Shown here one piece after another: positions 1-12,934 of a stretch of 64,000 nucleotides of DNA. The notes below the pieces were generated by a model. That model was not told where the DNA came from. It did not search any database and was given only the letters and a program-made list of their open reading frames with translations. Numbering within the stretch: the first letter of the stretch is position 1; every line of letters begins with the position of its first letter. This DNA is from Balanoglossus misakiensis (Eukaryota; Animalia; Hemichordata): contig CM082588.2 of NCBI GenBank assembly GCA_040954595.2, positions 608,613 to 672,612 of the forward strand, in the 5' to 3' direction. Both the position numbers and the translations under genes were made by a program.

Positions 1-342
1 ACTAGATCTCGTCTCTCAATGAATATCTACAAAAAAGCAAATGAGATATCAAAGGTATGGGAACAACACAGGTAATATTGTCATTGGTTCCCAAGAAGTG
101 CAAACCGTTATTCACACTGTCACACACTAGCAATATTAAGTGCCACGCCCTCCTCCAAGCAATTATCCAATCAAATTACCCGTTATATTCATGTAAACAC
201 AGCTAAAACAACGTGGCAATTTCGCAATTTTGTAAATGAGTTCCAAAGGCTGTATTCTTCTTCGTAAAGACATGAAGGAGGAAGAGTCGGCCTGCGTGTA
301 ACGTGTAAAATGTCAAACACTTCACTGTCAGTTTTTGTTTAC

Positions 343-546
343 CTGTTCATTAGATGGCTTGTGGATAATAGGCGTCCACGTACTCATGTAATTCTTCATC
401 TTGTGGGTTTTGAAATTCTCCGATGACAAAGGGGCACCTTCTGGTACTTTCTTGACAGACTGTGCCGTCCGTTCAGTAGGATACTTCGGCTCGCGTAACG
501 AGGCTAGTGGGTCGACTGCCCGTGGTGTCCTCGACTTTGTTGTCAT
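343..546 (-). CDS. Putative first coding exon of an unidentified gene continuing off the left edge
   Basis: ATG at 546 opens 68 codons (MTTKSRTPRAVDPLASLREPKYPTE...HKPSNEQ) ending at a CAG|GTAAAC donor. It lies downstream of a CpG-rich promoter-like stretch. No recognisable domain. A competing donor CCG|GTGAGT at ~602 could make this segment intronic. Confidence 0.45.
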
Positions 547-759
547 CGTGAAGTTTGAGAGGTGTGTGTACACTCGTAACTCAGCCCAGCTGCTCAACTC
601 ACCGGCGGGGCAAACAAAGTGCTTGTTCAGCGCAAAACAGAAGTTCTTGCTTGAGTTTCCACTCGTTAACTACGTATGAGACAAGTTCTCCATGTACGCG
701 AGTCCCATCAACCGTAAATACGGATTATTTCGGCACTTTCACGAAGTCTACGGTGTCTC

Positions 760-950
760 AGCTCCTGTCATCCGCCATACTTGTTAGCTGAAGGCGCATG
801 CGTGGCGATTTTCTTCCGGCTTCGGATGTTGTCTTGGCAACCCTGCGTGCACACAGCGTCCCAGTGCCGCACGCAGTAGCAGCTCCGCGCCTACTTGCGT
901 ACACTGTGACACACGTGCGCGCTTTGCACGTAGCCTCCAGGAAAAGACGA
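760..950 (-). promoter_or_regulatory. CpG-rich housekeeping-type promoter of the left-edge gene
   Basis: Local CpG enrichment, NRF1-like GCGCATGCG (~794-802), YY1-like AAGTATGGCGG on the minus strand (~772-782), E-box CACGTG (~912-917). Confidence 0.45.
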
Positions 951-1045
951 AATGATGCCAATAATAAAATTAAGAGAAGTGTTGCCTTGCAGAAAAAACA
1001 ACCAAACTTTTGTACATTTGATGAAACACTTTATTCATAAAAAAT

Positions 1046-4000
1046 CTAAGAATCGGGAATTTTCTCATCAATTTGTTTCATTACATCAGAAATTGGAAAG
1101 TTGACTTGTTTCTCAAACCATTTAGCAACTCTGAGCATGAAGTAGTCTTGAAACATTGGCGCGATGAACTGCAAACCAATAGGAAGGCCGTTGGTTGAGA
1201 GATAAGCTGGTACAGTGACGGCTGGTATACCTGGCAAAATACAAAATATATGTAGCATCAATGGCACTTTGCTCCCATTTGATTTATTTTCCTTATGTAT
1301 AATATTTACTCAACACATATTTCTAGCAAGATGTTAAATGGCTCTCATGATAGACATTAAGCATGACAGATTTTGGTCATGTTCAGTTTGAGTATAATAA
1401 ATTTCAAAGCAGCCATCTTTTCCCCTAAATCGCATGTGTTTTGGTATAAAATGGACTCTTTATTTACCTGCCATGTTTACAGGTTGCGTCAAGACATCCT
1501 GTTGTTCACTTTGCTTGCGATGATCAATTGAAGAGAAGTCTTTGTATGAGGGTGCTTCACTTATTGTTGTAGGTGTTAGTAAAATATCTACTCCACTGTG
1601 AAAAACTTTTTTGAAATCATCTGCTATTAATCTTCTGACCTTCTGTGCTTGGAGGTAGTATTTCTCATAATTCCTGTAAACAACACAAAACAAAACAAAA
1701 TGATTTAAACTTGTTTTCTGTCAATTATCAAAGACGTAAACTCCCTTCCCCCGAGAAAGTTTTCTGCCGTTTTACAAGAATTATCCACATTGCCAAAATA
1801 TTGTTGATAGAACACAAAAACCAAAGTAAACCTACCCTTTGAGAAGAAAGTAATTTCCTGTCAATATCCTCTCTCTGACAACATCATTAAAACCTTCATG
1901 TCGCGTGTCTGAAAACAACGCTTCGAGGTAACTGCTTTCATCAGCACGATGACCTACAATACAAAATGTTGACATATTTAATGTCAAATTATTATTATTC
2001 ACATTCATTGTTATTAATATACTTGCAAGTAAAAGGCAGATGACTTACCATACTCAATGCCATCATATCTAGCCATATTGGATGCTACTTCCGTGTTACA
2101 CAGGACACTGTAACACACTATGGAATACTGTGTGTGTGGTAAAGATATTTGGGTCACCTTGGCACCAGCTTTATCAAATAAATCAGCAGCCTTCTGCCAT
2201 GCATTAATGACATCCCTTGACAAAGATGGTGCATAATATTCCTGAAAAGAAATCAGAACTAAAGCATGATGTACGAGTTGTTCATTTACAGTCAAGTGAG
2301 TACACATTCACTAGAAATAGTTCTAGTACGTGAGAGAGAGAAATGACAACGAACCTTTGGTATTCCGACATGTAAATCTTTGACAGAAATGAGTTCAGTC
2401 AACGTCTCTTCTTGAAATGGATCCTCAACTGTAGTGGAATCGAACACATCTCGTCCTTTAATCACATCTGTCATGGCAACGAAAAACACTCAGATTATCT
2501 TCGGGTAATTTCTGACTCAAAAGAACTATTAAGATCTCCATAAAATCCAGACAGTTCAAATGATTTCCTGTTTCTAATTAGCCTGAAAGAGACATATACC
2601 GTACTCACCTAATATAGTTGTAACATCATCTACACATCTACCAAACACACCAGGTACATCTAGGGAATTGACCAATGGTATAAGACCATGTCTAGAACAC
2701 AGTCCATAGGTTGGTTTCAATCCAACCACTCCGCAGTACGAAGCAGGATTTCGAACAGATCCACCTGTGTCTGACCCAAGTGCTCTGAAAATAATGTGAT
2801 ATAAATAAGGCATATCTGTAACAGTGCTGTACAAAAATAAGCATCCAATGGGAATTGTGCTTAATTTTGACATGAGAACAGACATTTGATAATTTCTACC
2901 ACTTACGCAAATGCTGTGCCTGTTGCCACAGCAACAGCACTGCCACCAGAACTACCACCAGTAACAAACCAATCATCGTCTTCACCAACACATGAACTGG
3001 ATGGTTCACAAGTGTTTGAACTGGATGTTGATATTTGCTTCTTCTTTATCCCGGATATTTGACAGGGATATTTCCATGGATTCCTTACTGGGCCATGGAT
3101 ACTGTCTATACTTCCAGAACTGTGAAGACAAAATGTTCATGATTAGACTCAGAAAGCTTTCCATGAAAATGGAGTTCAGAAAATGGTCTACTGAAGATCA
3201 TAACTTACCCCATTGCAAATTCATCCAGATTAGTTTTACCCATTAGGACAGCGCCTTGATTCAACATTCTCTGAACAACAGTGGCAGTGTATGGAGGTAT
3301 ATAATCTGAAATAGTAAATCATCCAATACAGTTGACATGCCTGTAACAGGTCCTGAGAAAAAGTTTTTTCTCTGCAGATTCATTGGGACGAGCTTCCTAC
3401 CTTTGAGCATATTGGAGGCACAAGTTGTTTTGACATTCTGTGTACTAAAGTTGTCTTTCACCGCTATTGTCACACCATCTAAAATACCTTGACTGTTTCC
3501 TGTGATGAAAAGAAATAATATCATTGTTGCATTAAATTGCTAATGATCTTTCTGAAAACTTCAAGTTTTAAAGAAATCCAGGAAAAGCTTAATTTCCACA
3601 TATATATTATAACCATTCCCTTTACTTTCACTTTGGTCATCCAAATTTCTAGACATTCCATCATTAATGTATAACTCCATTTTGGCATTACATCTTTAAC
3701 CGCTTACCTTGACTAAGTCTCATCTGAGACTCTTCAGCTTGTTGCTGGGCAACATCATGAGTCTCTGTAACATATGCATTCAATATTCGTACTTTCCTGG
3801 CTCTCTGGATACATTTGGAACATAGGTCCAATGCTAACAACTGGTTTTCTTGAAGTTTGGTAGCAATCTGCAATGTATAAATGAGTTCTATCAGTGTCAC
3901 TATGTCAATTGCAGTTTCTTGTTCATATATCTTTCTGAAATGCCCAGCCTTCAGCCTGCATATGTGCTATGACCAGGTTCATCATTCAGTTAAGTCATCA

Positions 4001-4068
4001 GTCACTATTTACTGACGGTTTCTCGTCAAACGCATTCTTACCTGACGAATACTGGAATGACCGATCAT
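1046..4068 (-). CDS. QRSL1: Glutamyl-tRNA(Gln) amidotransferase subunit A, mitochondrial (about 11 exons)
   Basis: Exon 1 is 4068-4042 (MIGHSSIRQ) and exon 2 is 3867-3708. Amidase-signature motifs [60 protein letters not shown] and GLPIGLQFI are joined by GT-AG introns. Stop at 1046 with minus-strand AATAAA at 1030-1035. Confidence 0.96.
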
Positions 4069-4319
4069 TTTCACGTGTTATTGAAGCAGCCGACCTTATA
4101 TGACCTTTGACTTATGACCTTTGCAGACGACGCGACGTGTGAGGCGCTGTGAAACTTACATCACATGTACATTTCACTAGAAACCTACAGGATCTACGTT
4201 GTTTGCGCATGTTGTCGCAGCAATCTAGTGACTGTGTTTCGCTTTTCACAATCAGAACAATTCTATCCATTGCAAAATACTGACCAGATTAGGTAAAAGT
4301 AAATCGGACAAGTTTGAAG
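4069..4319. promoter_or_regulatory. Bidirectional promoter between QRSL1 and RTN4IP1
   Basis: Only 251 bp separate the two divergent ATGs. Contains CACGTG (4072-4077) and TGACCTTTG nuclear-receptor half-sites at 4101 and 4115. Confidence 0.75.
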
Positions 4320-6541
4320 ATGGTGATGGCAGCTCGCGTCTTTTTAACAAATGAAGTACACTGTCAACATATATTCGTGGGAAGCAGACGAATTTTTCAA
4401 TGTCACCGGCAACAACAAGCACGTCTGGCAACCCAGATGAAAGCATGGCAGATCAGTGGGTATGGTGGTAACGAAGTTCTGGAATTGAGAGAAACCCGAG
4501 TTCCTGTAATTACCAAGACAGATCAGGTGCTCGTACAGATGCATGCAGCAAGTATTAACCCGGTTGATGTCGCCATGAGAGGTAAATAAAGTAGTATTTT
4601 GGAGAGTCATTTATTTTACCAAACGACATGATCTATTAGAATTGTTGATTTCTTATTATTGTTTTTGTTTTCAGGAGGTTATGGCAAGATGATGTTGCCA
4701 AAACTCAAGCAAATCAGCGGCCAATCAGCATTTCCAGCAACTCTAGGAAGAGATTTCTCTGGTGTGGTTGTTCAAACAGGAAAAGAGATCAGGAACTTGA
4801 AAGTTGGAGATGAGGTTTTATGCACTTGGAAATTATATCTGCATGTTTTTGATTGCTTACAACGAGGCAGGGGAATAGGGAAGAGGAAAGATGCATAATT
4901 TGTTGATCACCAGATGTGGGATATCCATCACATTTTTGTTTTTCTCTTGATCACCAGGTTTGGGGAAAAACATCTTTTCAACACCAAGGTAGCCATGCCG
5001 AGTACGCATTAGTTTCGAGCAAAGAAATCACAAACAAACCCAAAACACTAAGTCACACTGAGGCTGCATCCATACCATTCGTTGCCTTGACAACATGGTC
5101 AGCCATAGTAACATTTGGCGGCATGACAGAGAAAAAGGCACTGGGAAAAAGGTATATTTTTGTGTGTTTAATTCATATGAATAAATTGAAAGGGACAGAA
5201 GATATTTGCAAGCAAATTGGCATAGAAACAGGACTCTCAATATGTTCTATGTTTTTCTCTCTCCAGGGTTTTAGTACATGCAGGTTCAGGTGGCATTGGA
5301 TCATTTGCAATTCAGGTGACTATAATCATTATTATCATTTCAAATTCTTGATTCAAAATTTCATGTTTCATGTACAGCCATGATGATGATGAATAATAAT
5401 AAACGTTTCAGTGCCTGTTTCTTTCATTGTTTTGATGTTAGTTATTAAAAGTCTGGGGAGCAGAGGTGGTCACAACATGTAGCACAGAAGCTATCCCCAT
5501 GGTAACAGCACTAGGTCCTGATTACATTGTAGACTACAAAAAGCAAGATGTGCGACAAGAACTGAAGAACATTGGAGAGTAAGTGTGGAGAAAAAGTTGT
5601 TCGTCTGTGAAGCTAGTTGGTAAAGCTATATGATCTGTTCACTGACGCATTCTCAGACAATGTTTGTTATAGTTTTTGTGATCCTCTTTAACATATCATA
5701 ATTCTTCAAAAACTTCCACAACACTCCCACTATTTCCCAGATTCGACATGATTGTTGACACACTCGGAGGTGCAACAGAAGACTACTCCATGCAGCTTCT
5801 CAAAAAATGGCAAAACGCAAGTTATGTCACTGTAGTTTCACCACTTCTCAAAAACACGGATCAATATGGACTCCTTCCTGGGTTGGCTTCTGCCGGTATT
5901 TCTGGTATGGCAAGTACATTCAGGGCAAGTGTTCTTTCCTTATTCTCTTTGTGACAATTGACCATTTTCCAAACCCCACGAGATCCTGCAAGATCTCGCA
6001 TGAGAGGACATTCTCATGTACACTGGACAAACAACTCACAAACTTTGTTACATGTATATATTTTTCAGGGTTTAGCCAATGGTCAAATCTATCACTGGGC
6101 ATTTTGTCTACCAAACAACAGCGCACTGAGAAAGATTGCCAACCTCATGGATCAGCAACAAGTAAGTGATTTTAAGAAGTGATCCTACTTTATTTTAGTA
6201 CATTATTTTGTTGTTTTGGCCATCATCACCATCCTGTGGAGTTACCCTATTTTTCATGAGGGCGCTGTCTTGATGATCTTTTGTTCATTTCCCCCAAAGC
6301 ATTCTGGGTAAAATAAATTATCGAGGTTTTTATCCACTTTGAGACGCTTTTTGTGTTTTAATGTAATGAACGCATTCATACATAATTTGTTTAACTATTT
6401 AAAGGTAATTTTGAAGCTCTTAATATAAATTTGCTGACCGAAATCCTCTTAGCTTATCTAATTTGCATATAAGCCTTCTCACCGTTGTCAGATTTCATTT
6501 TCGAAAGCTATAAGTGTCTCCGAGTGCCAAATGATCAGTAT

Positions 6542-6572
<31 letters not shown>

Positions 6573-6972
6573 ACCCGGGTGACGCCGGGTTCCACGGCGT
6601 CAGATTGTCCGTGAAGAATTTTTGCAGGGGGATAGGTCGCCCTTGGTGTGACCCGCCTACTTTCGCGGGATGCCCATGTAGCTGCGATCTTCCCCGCCAA
6701 ATCTAAAATCTAAAAACAGATTGTGGATAAAGAGAAATGGAGATGTGCTTTTGACTTTAGAAATTAACAATACTCGAGTCAAAAACCATCACAAGATGGT
6801 GACTTTTTGTGTCTTTGACTTACAGATCCGTCCAGTTGTTGACAAGATTTTTCCATTCACGGAACTTCCCAAAGCCTTTGAGAAAGTGGAACTGGGAAGA
6901 GCAAGAGGGAAAACAGTTGTGGAAGTGATCACACATCCTGAGACATCCAGACATAATGATACTGACTTGTGA
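4320..6972 (+). CDS. RTN4IP1: Reticulon-4-interacting protein 1, mitochondrial NAD(P)H oxidoreductase (MDR family), 8 exons
   Basis: Motifs MKAWQISGYGG, AASINPVDVAMRGGYG, FPATLGRDFSGVV, GSHAEY, AASIPFVALTTW, AGSGGIG and IRPVVDKIFPF...GRARGKTVV. Approximate exons: 4320-4581, 4676-4814, 4958-5151, 5268-5315, 5442-5578, 5741-5924, 6069-6161, 6826-6972. Confidence 0.95.
6299..6539 (+). promoter_or_regulatory. snRNA-type promoter of U12 (Staf/ZNF143 site, octamer, PSE)
   Basis: GCATTCTGGGTA at 6299-6310 (about -240), ATTTGCAT at 6461-6468, PSE-like TCACCGTTGTCAGATTT from 6479 (-61), TATAA at 6509-6513 (-31). Confidence 0.75.
6540..6696 (+). ncRNA. RNU12: U12 minor spliceosomal snRNA
   Basis: 5' end ATGCCTTAAACTAATGAGTAAGGAAAATAACG carries the branch-point recognition sequence GTAAGGA. 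It is followed by the stem GAACCCGG...CCGGGTTC, Sm site AATTTTTG, and GGTCGCCC...GTGACCCGCCTACTTTCGCGGGATGCC...GCGATCT, colinear with human U12 as I recall it. Confidence 0.95.
6708..6720 (+). terminator. Putative snRNA 3' box
   Basis: ATCTAAAAACAGA lies ~12 nt after the U12 3' end and resembles the GTTT-N-AAAARNAGA 3'-box consensus. Confidence 0.55.
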
Positions 6973-8824
6973 ATATATCATCAGTGCTGATGTGTCCTGC
7001 ATGTGATCTGTTCATGGACAGTTATCTACAATGAGTGACTTTGCACAGAGGGCATCAAAGAATTTGTACAAGTATTGAAAGTTTATTTACATAGAGACAA
7101 CAACAGTTAAGTAACTGAGTGAAATTCATATTACAGTGAAAAAATAGACCAAAAATTCTATTGCTCTACAACATCAAATTGTTAAAAATTATCAATCTAG
7201 ACAATCATCTGGACTAATTACAATGGGATTAGCAACAAGGGTTAAAAAATAAAGCTTAAATTTAAAATCAGTGAAATTTAGGAGCTAAAACTGATCTAAA
7301 AATAATAATCATGCAAAGATTTCAAAACATTAAAGACATGGAGAGTATGGACTAAGGGCATCTTACTAACTATTAGGAGACTTTAATGAAAAAAATAAAT
7401 TAAACATAATATTAAACATACTGCATGTACAAGGCAATATATGCTACAGAGTAGAAATGTTGAGATGACCCTTGCACTTTGACCCAGAACAAGATTGCTA
7501 CTACTGTTGTAATTACATGTATGTTTTCTGAGCAAAATCTGAAATAAATATGAGCATAAAAACACTAGCATTCACTTTTTAAAATCACACAATATATATG
7601 ATCGACAATAATGAATGCCAATTTCATGATCTAATGGAAGAGAACCATTCTTAAGAATTTTTCCTGGCAAAATATTAAAATATTGACACATGCATATACA
7701 TGGATAATAGCAAAGGTAGACAAATACACCACTTTTCATTGCCTACACAATTACAAAAAAAGCTAGTATCAATGTACATTGGTACAATAAAATTATGACA
7801 TTGTATATACAAATTAATATGTGGAATTGGTGATGGTTCATCTACGAATCTCATAAAAACATAATTCCAAAATACACCAACACTAGTAGAGTTTTTGATC
7901 AGTATTCTCGTCTTTGGAAGTTATGTCCTTAATTTTCATCAATTCAAAATTGAGAAATGGTCTCCCATACTAGAACTAGCTTACCGGTACTTGGACATTG
8001 GACATAAAAATTCTTCTTTTGAAATGTTTAAAAACATCCACCAACTACACTTTTCTGATGGTATTAAAAGTAAATATAAAGATATTAAAACATGATACTA
8101 GATCTGGCAAATCTGTACAAATGTGGGAATCTAAAACAAAACTGGCAGTGGAAGGTATTCACTAGGGATGTCATAAAATAATTCATCAAAACTTTGACAC
8201 TCAACAGCTTTGACGCACTGATGCATTGCTACATCTAAATACCAAGTGCCTTATTTGTTGTGATATATTTATGAACCACTGTCTCAGGTATGTGTATCAT
8301 CATCGTCATCACCACAACTACCACCATCATCTTCGTCGTTCAGTCTTCATGTCTGTTCTTGTTTCGCCCGATTGCAACATTTTTTTCTTCTCTGTGATGA
8401 TTTATCTTGCTTTTTGCAAAAAAATATCTGATTGAACTTTGACACTTGTCAGAAGCAACATCATGCAGAAAATGGTCAAACAGTCAACAATACACAACAC
8501 TTTCCCCTACTTTGCAACACTTCAAAGAAAACTCACAAACTGTTTGTGGTTTTCTAATACTTTGGCAATGTTTGCTGTGGGGGTTTTCAGTTCACTCACA
8601 TCCAAGTTGAGTCTAAATTCCAGTCATAAAATGTTCCAAATTTGACATAAACTTGGGCGTTCTTCCCAGTACCAAATTCCACCAACAACCTGGATTATGG
8701 AAGCTCTTCACACCAGGAATAATTGATGTACTTGTGGTTTTTGAAAAATATTCAGCCATGGGAAGCACTATGTGGTCACCTGACATGCACATGATCGACA
8801 CATGATCCGAGTCACATGCCATCA

Positions 8825-11660
<2,836 letters not shown>

Positions 11661-11689
11661 TCAACAGTTTTTGTACCAAAAATGTTGGG

Positions 11690-11815
11690 ATACCCACGGT
11701 TATTTTTCCCTTTCCGATATGCAAATTAACCGGTAACGCTAAAACGCATGCCCAGAACTCTCCTATGGAGGATTCTGGGTAATTATTAATGTGTTAAGAA
11801 CGCGAGGGCGCTCTT
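11690..11815 (-). promoter_or_regulatory. FAM76 promoter
   Basis: Octamer ATGCAAAT at 11719-11726, Staf/ZNF143-like GGATTCTGGGTA at 11770-11781 and GAGGGCGCT at 11804-11812, immediately upstream of the FAM76 ATG. Confidence 0.55.
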
Positions 11816-12934
11816 TACACAGAGATCCTGCGATTTGCTGCGATTTGCGTCCTTTTCGTGTCTCTCTGGAAAAAAACGTGTACGCATAGGTCGAGAGTTT
11901 AACGTGTATTTTTGTCTTTAAAAGGCTCGTTTAATACAACCTCGTATTTTGCAGCTTATAACATCATTTTCCTGTCTACTCTAACCATATCTTAGGCCAA
12001 CAACTGTTGTATTAATATCTTTAGATCATTATTGTTTCTTTTTTATGGTAGTGAAATAAATAAATAATTTCACAATCAAAATTCCAACGAAGGACTCCTG
12101 TCATAAAATTGCACTGATTTACCACAATTATAAGCAACAGGCTGGGAGGGAATCAAGAGTAACGAGGCAAAGCTGACAAGGGCAGAACACCTTTGCCAGC
12201 CATGGTCTCTAGCTGGATACTCCCCGAAATTCGTGGAAAATGTAGTCGAAACCGTACATATTGACACCTCCCTATTCTCTCTTCATTTTTTCTTGTTAAC
12301 CAGCATACAGTATTGCCTTGAATGTGAACGACATCAAAACCGCAGTATCTACAGTGTGGAAGCAACAGATTTGGCCAAAGTGGTAGTTAAACATTTTTCA
12401 TAAAGGAATTGGCCAAACGCCACAACCATGTGATGGTCTCGAACAGAAACCGTCTACGAATATGTGCAAATTTCCTCAAATCACACTCTTTCACTGTTTA
12501 CTGGATTATCTGCCCATGGGTGTGATAATCTGGCGTAAAAAAGGTGTTTTATTTTATTGAGCACCCTGAGCGTAGAATTCTGATTTGCAAAACATAACTA
12601 CTCATGATAAACCCTTGGTATCACTGCACAGGCATTTAATTACACCTCGTCTTTGTCGAACTAGAGTTCAAAACTCAGCGAACAAAGTTCTTCGTACGCA
12701 CCAGAACACTTTTTCAGAAGAAGTGAATACCACACTATCAGCAACCAGCCATGCTCGAGCACCCCTCCACATTCCTTAAGAGTGGTTTGGTCCAATGAGG
12801 CCCTATACACGCATACGACAGGACATTGCACTGACAGGGTGTGCATAACAATTGAACTCTGTGTGGTGCGGCTGACGAAGTTCCTGTGTGGAGAACTGAA
12901 AAGAGAAGCGTCCATGACCAACTTTGTCCCTTGA

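Noticed and set aside
1046-4068. Bacterial gatA or contamination
   Set aside because: About ten spliceosomal introns and the animal QRSL1-RTN4IP1 arrangement.
12076-12365. Short minus-strand ORFs between FAM76 and UST
   Set aside because: Non-ATG starts, no recognisable domain and no splice structure.
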